The notes beneath the pieces are model-generated. The model saw only the letters and a list, made by a program, of their open reading frames with translations. It had not been told where the DNA came from and ran no database searches. The position numbers and the translations under genes are program-made. 64,000 nt of DNA from an uncultured Chloroflexia bacterium (lineage in GTDB: Bacteria; Chloroflexota; Anaerolineae; Anaerolineales; Villigracilaceae): contig CAVTZT010000010.1 of assembly GCA_963739255.1 (NCBI GenBank), positions 212,392 to 276,391 on the forward strand, given 5' to 3'. Numbering within the stretch: the stretch's first letter is position 1; every line of letters begins with the position of its first letter. Below are positions 44,376 to 54,076 of this stretch, piece by piece.

Positions 44376-45408
44376 ATGTCAACAAGCAACAAGTTTATGG
44401 GCGTATCGCTGGATAAGTGCATCGAGTTCTACCTGGCCACCCTGGAGACCGAGGGCAAAAGCCCGCTGTATACCGGCGGCTTGAAAAAGCGCCTGCGCTA
44501 CTTCATGGATTTCATGCGCCAGGCGTACCCGCAGGTAGTGAACACGACGGACCTGGACGTGGAGCACGGGCGGGAGTTCCTGCGCTCGCTGATGACGCGG
44601 GAGGTGAAATACATCAACCATCCGCTCGCCGAACCAAGGGCGGGTAAGCTCTCCATCCACTACATCCATGGCTGCGGCCGGGCGGTGCGCTCCTTCTGCT
44701 CGTGGGCGGCCGAGGAAGGCTACCTGGAAGCGAACGTCATGCAGCGGCTGAAGCTGCCGCCCGATCCCCAAGACCCTGCCGGAACCGCTCAGCGAAGAGC
44801 AGATCAGCCGGGTGCTGACGGTCTGCCTGGAGCACACCCTGGAGCGGCTGCGCAACTACTCGATGATGATGACCTTCCTGGACACGGGTCTGCGCTTGAG
44901 CGAGCTGATCAACCTGCGGTTGTCGAAGATCGATATGCCCCTGGGAGAGATGAGCATTTTTGGCAAAGGCAGCAAGGAGCGCCGGGTGCCGATCGGCACC
45001 CAGGCCAAGCGGGCCATGATCGATTACATGTCCAGGGAGCGGCCGGAGCCGGCCCACCCGCAGGATGCCGACCGGGTCTACCTGAGCGCCGATGGACGGC
45101 CGATGAGCAATGAGGTCGTCGAGAAGGTCTTCCAGCGGGTGAAGCAGGCCGCCCATCTGAAAAAGTTCCATCCCCACATCTGCCGGCATACATTCAGCGT
45201 GCGCTACCTGCTGAACGGCGGGGACGTGTTCACCCTGCAGAAGATCCTGGGGCACACCTCCCTGGAGATGACCCGCAAGTACGTCAACCTGGCTGCCGGG
45301 GATGTCAAGGACATGCACCGGCGCTCCAGCCCGATGGATAATCTTGACTACGCCCCCAAGCGGCGCGGCCGGCCCAGGTTGAACCCGGCGGGTACTTTTT
45401 GTCATTGA
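44376..45408 (+). pseudogene. tyrosine recombinase/phage integrase, one frameshift, 3' end cut by the junction
   Basis: ATG 44376 follows GGAGG. SAM-like N-domain 'CIEFYLATLETEGKSPLY'. Shift near 44765 ('KLPPD' | 'PKTLPEPLSEEQISRVL'). Catalytic motifs 'TGLRLSEL', 'HICRHTFS', 'LGHTSLEMTRKYV'. The stop (45406-08) lies inside the AT-rich segment. Confidence 0.85.
45388..45392. other. compositional and gene-content breakpoint A|B
   Basis: GC-rich 'cggcccaggttgaacccggcgg' abuts AT-rich rpsB codons 'gta ctt ttt gtc att gat'. Both the integrase tail and rpsB are truncated here. Confidence 0.75.
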
Positions 45409-45637
45409 TACCAAGCGGGAAAGTGCAGCTGTCGCCGAGGCCAGAGCCAAAGGAGTTACGGTTGTCGGAATTGTTGACAGTAACGCCGATCCGGACATGG
45501 TTGACTATCCGATTCCAATGAACGATGATGCAAGTAAGGCCCTCGAGTATGTTTTGGGTCTTGTCAAAGAGGCAATTCTTGAAGGCAAATCTAAAGTCAA
45601 GAAAGTAAAACCAAAAAAGAAAGATGAAAAAGATTGA
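45392..45637 (+). pseudogene. rpsB: 30S ribosomal protein S2, 3'-terminal fragment only
   Basis: No start codon. Reads 'VLFVIDTKRESAAVAEARAKGVTVVGIVDSNADPDMVDYPIPMNDDASKALEYVLGLV...KKDEKD*'. The stop at 45635-37 overlaps the tsf start. Confidence 0.8.
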
Positions 45638-46079
45638 TATAAACCAAATAAAGAAGTTAAGGGAAGAAACCGGAGTGGCCATAATCCGCATCCGCGAGGT
45701 TTTGGAAGAGGTTAAGGGAGACGAGAAAAAAGCCCTTGCTATTTTGAAGAAAGAGGGACTTGGCAAAGCTTTGACGCGGGAAGGACGCGAAACTTCGCAG
45801 GGAAAAATTTTCGTGTATGCCCATCACACCGGCAAAGTTGTCGGCGTGGTTGAACTTCTGTGCGAAACGGATTTTGTTGCCGGTACGGAGCTTTTTGAAA
45901 CTTTGGGAAAGGATTTGGCAATGCAGGTTGCCTCTATGGGGGATGAGAATTTCGCCAAACAGGAATTTATTAAAGATCCTTCAAAGAAAATTTCCGATTT
46001 GGTAAAAGAGGTTATTGCCAAGACGGGCGAGAACGTTAGAATTGGACGGGTTATTCGTGTAGAATTAGGAAAGGAATAA
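45624..46079 (+). CDS. tsf: elongation factor Ts (short form)
   Basis: 151 aa. 'IKKLREETGVAIIRIREVLEEVKGDEKKALAILKKEG', 'IFVYAHHTGKVVGVVELLCETDFVA'. The rpsB-tsf-frr synteny is present. Confidence 0.85.
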   Translation: MKKIDINQIKKLREETGVAIIRIREVLEEVKGDEKKALAILKKEGLGKALTREGRETSQGKIFVYAHHTGKVVGVVELLCETDFVAGTELFETLGKDLAMQVASMGDENFAKQEFIKDPSKKISDLVKEVIAKTGENVRIGRVIRVELGKE

Positions 46080-46094
46080 CCGATCAGATCGAAA

Positions 46095-46656
46095 ATGGAT
46101 GAAGCTTCAGTTAGGGGCAAGATGCAGTCAGCTATCGATGTAGTTATCTCCGATATTGCCGGAATTAGAACCGGTCGTGCGACACCGGCGCTGGTTGAAA
46201 ATATTGTTTGCCCGGCCTATGGCGGGACACAACAATTAAAGGTTGTGGAACTTGCCAGTATTACTTCCCCGGATCCGACTCAAATCGTGATTAACCCTTG
46301 GGACAAGTCAATCATTGGTGATATCAGAAAGGGAATATTGGAGATGGCAAATATCGGCATGAACCCCTCATATTGATGGTGAAATAATTCGAATTGTTTT
46401 TTCCGCCTTTAACGACCAGAAGATCGGGAAAAATATGTCAAACTTCTTTCGACCAAATTGGAAAGTGGCCGGGTAATGGTCCGCCAGAGTGCGGAGCGGA
46501 TGAAATGCACGAAATTAAAAAGAAATTTGAGGCAAAGAGATGACGGAAGATGAAAAGTTTAGCTAGGAGAAAAAACTTCAGGAAATTACAGACGGGTTTA
46601 TAGCGAAAATCGAGCTGGTTTGGAGAAGCCAAAAAGAAAGAATACTGCAAATATAA
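46095..46656 (+). pseudogene. frr: ribosome recycling factor, heavily disrupted
   Basis: Intact to 'ANIGMNPS' (46373). After that, 'IDGEIIRIVF', 'PPLTT', 'EDREKYVKLLSTKLESGRVMVRQS', 'DEMHEIKKKFEAK' and 'MTEDEKFS*EKKLQEITDGFIAKIELVWRSQKERILQI*' each lie in a different frame, and there is one in-frame TAG. Confidence 0.75.
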
Positions 46657-46661
46657 TTTCT

Positions 46662-46751
46662 ATCGATTTTCGATATTGTCGCTCCGAGAGCGTCATTGCC
46701 AAAATCGAGGAGATTGGGGAAAAGAAAAAACAAGAACTGATTCAGATTTAA
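46662..46751 (+). pseudogene. second, diverged copy of the frr 3' end
   Basis: Reads '...SESVIAKIEEIGEKKKQELIQI*', parallel to the preceding 'FIAKIELVWRSQKERILQI*'. There is no upstream body. Confidence 0.4.
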
Positions 46752-47075
46752 ATGAGTGAAAGAAAAGTAGTATCAAAAATTCGCGGATCACCAAACGCGT
46801 CAAGCGGGTGCTACAGAATTACGCTGTGGGGAATATGTCTTTTTGTTCAGAGGTTGCAGCACTTTAAGGCGGGAAAAAAGTTGAAATTGCTTGGGTAATG
46901 GTAAACCGCAATGTCTAAGTGATTGTGATAGTACAAAGTTCACAGATAAGGAGATAGAAGCGATCCAAATGTTAAATAATATGTTTCCCGTGCCTAGGAG
47001 AAACTGAGGAAAGCTAAGCTCCTTCAGATATAATTAGTGCTTCTCCCGCTATACTATATACGATATACTAGTTTC

Positions 47076-48155
47076 ATGATAATTTCCATTTTAATTTTTC
47101 TTCTTGTTTTATCTATTCTTGTTTTGGTTCATGAACTCGGGCATTTTCTGGTGGCCAAACATTCCGGAGTTATGGTAGAAGAATTTGGTTTCGGTCTTCC
47201 CCCCAGAATTTGGGGTAAAAAAATAGGCGAGACACTTTATTCCGTTAATGCCCTTCCTTTTGGCGGATTTGTCAGACTGCATGGGGAAAAATATGAAGAA
47301 GAAATATACTAATCCAAAAAGATCTTTTTTGAAGAAAAAAAAAGAACTAGAATAGGATTATTGTGGCAGGGGTAGTTATGAACTTCCTTCTGGCAATAAC
47401 CGCTTTCGGACTCATTTATTCATTCTCTGGTTCCCAAAAGACCAAAAATATTAAGATTGTTTATATTACTTCAATTCTCCGGCCCAAATCGCAGGGCTTG
47501 TAGTTGGAGACGTTGCCAAAGGTGGGTAAAACGGGGGTTTCCACAAATTGAGGAATTTATTAATTAAGTTGATACAAGCAGGAAAAAAAGTAACCCTGGA
47601 AACAGAAGAACTGTAAATAAAATTACTTTGACTCCAAGAGAAAAACCGCCGGAAGGGGAAGGACCAATGGGAGTTGCGATTACAACAACCGAGATTTATT
47701 ATCCTCCGATTTTAAGACCATTTTACGGCATCTATTACGGATTTGGCGACGCGCTATTTTGGGGCAAAAATAATTTTGGGATTTTAGGGGATAATTGCGG
47801 ATCTTATTAAGGGGCAAGTCCCTCAAGATATTGCAGGGCCTGTCGGAATATTTGCTTTAACATCGGAAGCCTCCAGATTGGAATTTTTGCCGTGATTAAT
47901 TTTATTGGAATTCTTTCTGTCAATCTGGCCATTTTAAACGTTTTGCCTTTCCCTGCGCTTGACGGCGGAAGACTCTTTTTCATAGTTTTGGAAGGGGTAA
48001 TTGGAAAGAAAGTTTTACCAAAAGTTGAAGCTATGGTTCATACGGTTGGAATGATAACACTTCTTGCCCTTCTTTTGGCAATTACCGCTCATGACATCAT
48101 CCGCCTCATTGCCGCAGGCAGTATTTCCGGATTTCTTCAAGGGGTGGTAAAATGA
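47076..48155 (+). pseudogene. rseP: RIP metalloprotease RseP (M50 site-2 protease), many frame changes
   Basis: 'LVLVHELGHFLVAKH' (HExxH) and 'NALPFGGFVRLHGE' are intact. The region between 47310 and 47890 is shattered ('IIVAGVVMNFLLAITAFGL', 'SPAQIAGLVVGDV' in other frames). The C-terminal 'INFIGILSVNLAILNVLPFPALDGGRL' is intact to 48155. Confidence 0.75.
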
Positions 48156-48159
48156 CAGC

Positions 48160-49386
48160 ATGCGGCAATCGAAACTTTTTCCCAAAACCAGAAAAGAGGC
48201 TCCGAAAGAGGCCCGAAAGCATAAACCACAAACTTCTTGTAAGAGGGGGATTTATCGATCAATTAATGGCAGGGAGCTGGACTCTTCTTCCTTTAGGTTT
48301 TCGAGTTGTAAATAAAATTAATCAGATAATCAGAGAAGAGATGGACACCATAGGCGGTCAAGAAATACTGATGCCGCTTTTGCATCCTAAAAACATCTGG
48401 AATGAAACAGGAAGGTGGGATAAAGCTAAAGAAATTATGTACCAGTTTAAAGATAGAAGAGGTAAAGAATATGCACTTTCCTTTACCCATGAAGAAATAT
48501 TTCTTGATCTTGTTAGAAAAAACATCAACAGTTATCAGGATTTGCCGATTGCTCTTTATCATTTCTCAACAAAGTTTAGAAATGAAGCCCGGGCAAGAAG
48601 CGGAATTTTACGGGGCAGGGAATTTATGATGAAAGATTTATATTCAATTCATGCCGACGAGAAAGATTTTTGGAGATATTATGAGGAAGTTAAAAAAGCC
48701 TATATTAAGATTTTCAAAAGAATAGGTTTTGATCCCAAGGTGGTGGAGGCAGCCGGCGGAGTGTTTACTGATAATAACACACATGAACTGCAGGTAATTA
48801 CCGAAGGCGGGGAGGATATTATTTATTATTGCGATAAATGCGATTGGGCAGAAAATAAAGAAATTTTCAAAGGAAAGGTTAATGAGCTTTGCAAGAAATG
48901 TAAAAGGGGCGTGTTTCGGAGGCAAAATCTATCGAGGTCGGAAATATTTTTCCTTTGGGAACTTACTATTCGGAATTAATGAGAGTGCATTATACAGACA
49001 AAGAGGGAAAAAAGAAGCCAGTTTGGTTTGGGAGTTATGGAATAGGTTCAACCAGAGTCATGGGTGCTTGGGTCGAAGTATCGCACGATGACAAAGGCAT
49101 TATTTGGAACAAAACTATTTCTCCATTTGCGGTTCACTTAATTGAACTTCCGGGGGGAAATGGCAAGAAAGTGTATGAGAGCCTTAAAAAAGAAGGGATT
49201 GATGCGCTTTGGGATGATAGAGATGCCCCCGCCGGAGAAAAGTTTGCGGACTCAGACTTTATTGGAATTCCCGTAAGGCTTGTTGTTTCCCAAAAGACGG
49301 GAAATAAAATTGAGTGGAAAGAAAGAACTTCGGAGAAATCTGAACTTTTGAGCTTTGATGAGGTTGTCAAAAAACTAGGTCGTTAA
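48160..49386 (+). pseudogene. proS: proline--tRNA ligase, about two frame changes
   Basis: 'MRQSKLFPKTRKEAPKEA' shifts near 48212 to 'SINHKLLVRGGFIDQLMAGSWTLLPLG...FRNEARARSGILRGREFMMKD'. It shifts near 48920 to 'SIEVGNIFPLGTYYSELM...GSYGIGSTRVMG...FIGIPVRLVV'. Confidence 0.8.
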
Positions 49387-49429
49387 ATTTGACCTTTGAG
49401 CCTAACTTCTGCTAGTATGTTTTTCACGG

Positions 49430-50392
49430 ATGACGCGCAAGAAGATTGTGGTCATAGGAGGGGGGACGGGTACTTATCAAGTTTTAAGTGGCCTCAAAAA
49501 ATATCCACTGGACATCTCCGCAGTTATCTCGATGGCCGATTCCGGCGGCTCCACAGGCAGGCTTCGCAAAGAACTCGGGATCTTGCCACCCGGGGATGTG
49601 CGGCGGGCAATCTTGGCGTTGAGCGATCTCCCTTTTGCCGAAAAAACTCTTGAAGAAATTTTTGACTTTCGGTTTCAGGGAGACGGAAGCCTTGCGGGGC
49701 ATTCTTTGGGAAACATTCTTCTGGCCGCCCTAACCCAGATTACTGGAAGCATGGATAAAGCCATATTTGAGGCGGCGAGAATTTTAAACGCATCGGGCAA
49801 GATCTATCCGGTAACTCTGGACAAAACAAATCTTGTGGCAATTTTGCCGGACGGGAAGAGAATTTTTGGGGAAACTAATATTGACCGAAGAACTTACAAA
49901 TTGGAATTACCCATTGATAAAATTTATTTTTCTCCCAAAGCGCGTGCCTTTAGTGATGCCGCCGGCGCGATAGAAAACGCAGACCTCATGGTTTTGGGGC
50001 CGGGCGATCTTTTTACAAGTATTATTCCGACTCTACTTGTTGACGGGGTTAATGATTCTATTTTACGGTCAAAAGGGAAGCTTGCCTATGTGGTGAACCT
50101 CATGACCAAGAGGGAGGAAACTAGCGGTTATGAAGCCTCCGATTTTATGGGGAAGATTGCAGAATACTTGGGCCCCGCCGCAACCAAGCTTAAGTTTGCG
50201 TTAGTATCTAAAAAGTTTAACCACAGTAAAAGTAAGCTTTCGAGGTGGTATAGAAGGTATGGTGCAAGGCCGGTTCTTAATGATTTGAAAGACGGTTCAT
50301 ATAAAATAATTGAAAAAGATTTTTTGGCAAAAACGACTCTTTTTAGGCACGACCCGGAAAAGATCGCCAAAGCCATCGTAAGCCTTCTTTAG
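49430..50392 (+). CDS. YvcK/CofD-family (UPF0052) gluconeogenesis-factor-like protein
   Basis: 'IVVIGGGTGTYQVLSGLKKY', 'ISMADSGGSTGRLRKELGILPPGDVRRAILALS', 'GPGDLFTSIIPTLLV'. Confidence 0.85.
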   Translation: MTRKKIVVIGGGTGTYQVLSGLKKYPLDISAVISMADSGGSTGRLRKELGILPPGDVRRAILALSDLPFAEKTLEEIFDFRFQGDGSLAGHSLGNILLAALTQITGSMDKAIFEAARILNASGKIYPVTLDKTNLVAILPDGKRIFGETNIDRRTYKLELPIDKIYFSPKARAFSDAAGAIENADLMVLGPGDLFTSIIPTLLVDGVNDSILRSKGKLAYVVNLMTKREETSGYEASDFMGKIAEYLGPAATKLKFALVSKKFNHSKSKLSRWYRRYGARPVLNDLKDGSYKIIEKDFLAKTTLFRHDPEKIAKAIVSLL

Positions 50393-50434
50393 CCACTTGC
50401 CGATCTTCGTGAAAATGCTTATACTGGGGTCGCG

Positions 50435-50758
50435 ATGCAAACAGATTGCATTTTTTGCAAGATCGTCAGAAAGGAAATCCCGGCCGATTTTGAGGAGGAA
50501 ACTGAAGATTTGGTTGTTTTTAAAGATATTAACCCCAAGGCACAAATCCACTTTTTGATAGTTGCCAAGACGCACGTTGCCGACATCCGAAACGATAATG
50601 GCGTCTTATGGGCTTCGATCGGAAAGATGGCGACAAAACTTGCCAAGAAACTTAATATATCCGGTTTCCGTTTGGTGCACAATGCAGGAGAAGCGGCAGA
50701 AGTAAAACATATGCATGTTCATTTTTTGGGTGAGGTGGGTTTAGATAGAGAATTATGA
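50435..50758 (+). CDS. HIT family protein
   Basis: 'CIFCKIVRKEIPA', 'DINPKAQIHFLIV', and the histidine triad 'HMHVHFLG'. Confidence 0.85.
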   Translation: MQTDCIFCKIVRKEIPADFEEETEDLVVFKDINPKAQIHFLIVAKTHVADIRNDNGVLWASIGKMATKLAKKLNISGFRLVHNAGEAAEVKHMHVHFLGEVGLDREL

Positions 50759-51195
50759 TTGCGGATAAATTACAGCAGATGATCGGAGAGGCACTTAAGG
50801 CGCACGATGAAGTGCGTACATCGACTTTGAGATTGCTTTCTTCGGCTTTTAATTATGAGTTTATAGAAAAGCAGCATAAGTTGACGGATGAGGAGGAGCT
50901 GGTGGTTATCAGGCGGCAGGCCAAGCAAAGAAAAGATTCGATAGAGGCTTTTTCTAAGGCTGGAGATAAAGCGAGGACGCAAAGGGAGGAAGCTGAACTA
51001 AAAATTTTGCAGGAGTTTTTGCCCCCGGAGATGGACATTAAAGAACTTGAGAAACTTGTCACGGACGCAATTATCCAGTTGGGAGCAAAGAGCCCAAGCG
51101 ATCTTGGTAGAGTCATCGGAATGGTTAGGCAAAAGGCTCCGGATGCAGATGGAGGGAAAATTGCCCAAATAGCTGGATCAAAACTAAATGGTTAG
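50755..51195 (+). CDS. GatB/YqeY domain protein
   Basis: 146 aa. 'ALKAHDEVRTSTLRLLSSAF', 'RRQAKQRKDSIEAFSKAGDKARTQREEAELKILQEFLP', 'LGRVIGMV'. Confidence 0.8.
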   Translation: MIADKLQQMIGEALKAHDEVRTSTLRLLSSAFNYEFIEKQHKLTDEEELVVIRRQAKQRKDSIEAFSKAGDKARTQREEAELKILQEFLPPEMDIKELEKLVTDAIIQLGAKSPSDLGRVIGMVRQKAPDADGGKIAQIAGSKLNG

Positions 51196-51577
51196 AGTCC
51201 TCGTAACTAAGCAGTCTAATTACCCTGTCAAAGTTGCGGCTATTAAGAGGAAACTAGCCGATTTTTTGGTAAAAAACGGTATCGTCTCCGATGCCGAGGT
51301 CTCCATAGCAATTGTCGGCGAGAAGAAAATGCTTGAGGTTGGTGATAAATATCTTAAGGACAAAAAACTTCATAATGTTTTATCGTTCACGCCGGCTGAT
51401 TCAAGGGGCCATTTTATAGAACCACCTGACGGAATTTTGCATCTTGGCGAGATTATTGTCTGTTATCCTCTTGCAGTTAAGGAATCACAAGAGGAAAATG
51501 TTTTGATTGCTGATCGGGTTTATGAGTTGGTCGAACACGGAGCCCTGCATCTTCTTGGCATACACCACGAAGATTAA
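51188..51577 (+). CDS. ybeY: rRNA maturation RNase YbeY
   Basis: 129 aa with the C-terminal metal motif 'ELVEHGALHLLGIHH'. Confidence 0.8.
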   Translation: MVRVLVTKQSNYPVKVAAIKRKLADFLVKNGIVSDAEVSIAIVGEKKMLEVGDKYLKDKKLHNVLSFTPADSRGHFIEPPDGILHLGEIIVCYPLAVKESQEENVLIADRVYELVEHGALHLLGIHHED

Positions 51578-51585
51578 TTAAGCAA

Positions 51586-52766
51586 ATGACGCTATACCTA
51601 AAGTACAGATCAAAAAATTTGGATGAACTGGACCCGGCTGAGGTTCGCGAATCTCTGAAAAAGATCGTCAAATCGGGCAAAATTCCACACGCCTTTTTAT
51701 TCGCAGGCCCGAAAGGGACGGGTAAAACTTCAGCCGCAAGAATCCTTGCTAAAATTATTAACTGCGAGAAGTTAAAAGGCGGAGTCCCTTGCGATAAATG
51801 TGAGCAGTGCATTTCGATAGCAAAAGGCAACAATTTGGATGTTATAGAAATGGACGCGGCAAGCCATCGCGGCATCGACGATGTAAGGCTACTAAGAGAC
51901 GCCGTAAAACTTTCTCCGGTTAAGGCCAAAAAGAAAGTGTACATAATTGATGAGGCGCATATGTTAACGACGGAGGCCAGCAATGCACTTCTTAAAACTT
52001 TGGAAGAACCTCCCGAGCACGTGATTTTTGTTTTGGCAACGACTAATCCGGAAAAGTTGATCGAGACAATAAAGTCGCGCACTACTTATATTCCGTTTAA
52101 AAAAGCAACTCCGGATGAAATAGTCAGGTCTCTTAAAAGAGTTGTAAAAGGAGAAAAGATCAAGATAAAAGACGGAGCCCTTAACTTGATTGCCAGGTCT
52201 TCTGAGGGAGCATTTAGGGATGCCATAAAGACTCTGGAGCAGCTTATCGCTGAGGGTAAAGATCTATCGGAGGAATTTTTGGAAGAATATTTATTCCAAA
52301 AAAAGGCGTTTGATCTTGATTCGTTTATCGAGCTAATCGTTAAAAAAGATATCAAGGCGCTAGTTGAGGGGATTGGCAAACTTTCCGGAAAGGAGTTTCG
52401 GTGGAAGGATTTTTGACAGCGATTTTGGCAAGACTGCACGGTGCACTTCTTGCTAAGGTTGGAATTGGCAGCGAGGACATTAAGGGACTTGATAAGGAGG
52501 AAACTATTATCTTAATAAATCTTCTAACGGAGGCGTCAAAGAATCTTTCCGATTCTCCGATTGAAGAGTTGCCTTTAGAGATTGCGATGATTAAATGGTC
52601 TTCCCAAAACTTGCACGTCGGCGAAGCCGACGCTGGGCAAGGTAATCAGGTTGCCTCGGCTGGACCCGAGAAGGATTCTAATTCAAAAGGTGTTTCCGGT
52701 GTTGACTATGCTCAAACAGTTTCTTCTGATCTAACAGTGGGATCACCTAACCAACTTAATCCATAA
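51586..52766 (+). pseudogene. dnaX: DNA polymerase III subunit gamma/tau, one frame change
   Basis: 'PHAFLFAGPKGTGKTSAARILAK', zinc module 'CEKLKGGVPCDKCEQC', 'IIDEAHMLT', 'FVLATTNPEKL', 'SRT'. Shift near 52390 ('GIGKLSG' | 'KGVSVEGFLTAILARLH'). The 3' limit is uncertain. Confidence 0.8.
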
Positions 52767-52929
52767 AAATCCGACACAATGCACTTGGACTGCCCTTGAG
52801 CAATTATCCAAGCTGCAAGAAAATATTAGTATTACCCATCTCATCCCCGGCTCCAAGCCATGACATAAATACTCCAAAGGACAAGTAGTAAAAGAGAAAC
52901 CGCTCAGTATGACAACGGCATCTCTCATT

Positions 52930-53157
52930 TCAAAAATGTGATTTAAAGTTTTGCCAAGCAACACCAACAGCAGTGATTGCCAATCCAAACCACATTAAAG
53001 GTTTGGCGGCGGAAGCAATCCATCCAAGCACCTTCATAGCGCCTTGCATGGCATTGATAGCATCTACCAATCCTTTGGTGTTTGCATCAATCCGATCCAC
53101 CTTTGTTTCAACTTCAACAAGGCGCTGATAGATTTGTTCATGTGATACTTCAGACAT
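52930..53157 (-). CDS. hypothetical small coiled-coil plus TM protein (phage-like)
   Basis: 75 aa. 'IYQRLVEVETKVDRIDANTKGLVDAINAMQG' followed by the TM helix 'LMWFGLAITAVGVAW'. It is the last gene of a tightly packed minus-strand module. Confidence 0.55.
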   Translation of the reverse strand: MSEVSHEQIYQRLVEVETKVDRIDANTKGLVDAINAMQGAMKVLGWIASAAKPLMWFGLAITAVGVAWQNFKSHF

Positions 53158-53159
53158 GA

Positions 53160-54048
53160 TTACCTCGGAGGAACAGAACGATAAGGACTGCCTAATTTCT
53201 GAGCATTCTCAAAAGCTTTTAATTGCTTTTCACCGAGTGTAGAAATACCTAACTCGGTAGAACCTGCAAAAGGAGGCACAACAAAATCACTGGCCAACTC
53301 GGCCATACGACCATAGTCTTTTCTCTGAGCGGCATCTGCAAAGCCAGGTATAGCCATCAATGCGGCAGCTCCTGCACCACCCTTCAAAGCCCTCTTCATA
53401 TCTTTATCAAGATTGACTTTAGGACCTTCAATATTTTCTTTGCGGTAACCTTTGATCTTCAAGTTCTCTTCAGGCTTTAGACCGCCACCCTTACCAGGAT
53501 CAAATGCAGGTCGGTAGCCAAGAATTTCACCAACTTGACCATAGGTCTTAGCACCTACTTCACCACCGCCATAGAAGCTTTCTAAGTAACGCTTCATGCC
53601 AATCTCTTGCTTTGTCAAACCTGCTTCACTTGGATCAACAGGCTTCTTAGCTTTAGATACAGGCTTTTCAGTAGTATTAACTGGTTCTGTTGATGGAATG
53701 TTAGCACTAGGTGTCATGTATGGATTGGGTCTACTTGCAAATGGATCTGTTTTTGCAACAGGTTCAGGAGTAGGCTCAATCGGAATCGCCATGGTAACTG
53801 GCTGAGTTGTTAGTGTTGGTGTGGCAATAACAGGAGCTTCTTTTTTAACAGTGATTGGCAACTGATTCTTGATAGCATTGCCAACAATGTCTGTCTCCCC
53901 ACTGCTTAGTAATCTTGCCACCACTAATTTCTTCAGCAGTAGCCAATGGCACACCATACTTAACCTCAAAATCTTTGGCAAACTTTGTTTCTTCCTTTGG
54001 TACAGGAACAGCAGTAGGAGTAGGCTTAGATAAATCAGTGCCATCCAT
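53160..54048 (-). CDS. hypothetical protein, probable single frameshift near 53,890
   Basis: The plausible N-terminus 'MDGTDLSKPTPTAVPVPKEETKFAKDFEVKYGVPLATAEEISGGKITKQ' (ORF 53845-54048) continues in another frame as 'DIVGNAIKNQLPITVKKEAPV...GAGAAALMAIPGF...GSPYRSVPPR'. The L-rich start given in the ORF track looks artefactual. Confidence 0.45.
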
Positions 54049-54076
54049 CGTAGGATCAATACGCTGGTCAATGTCC

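Noticed and set aside
52380-52410. The dnaX frame change as a programmed ribosomal frameshift (the gamma/tau mechanism).
   Set aside because: There is no slippery A-AAA-AAG-type heptamer and no downstream hairpin at the site ('tccggaaaggagtttcgg'). The downstream frame continues with conserved tau-like sequence. The window is full of similar 1-nt indels, so an error or mutation is more likely.
45392-52766. Stop-codon reassignment (for example UGA=Gly/Trp, as in some CPR lineages and Mollicutes) as the explanation for the broken genes in the AT-rich block.
   Set aside because: At the breaks I checked (frr, rseP, proS, dnaX), the conserved protein sequence continues in a different frame, not past an in-frame TGA. 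The one in-frame stop in frr is TAG. Intact genes terminate with ordinary stops.
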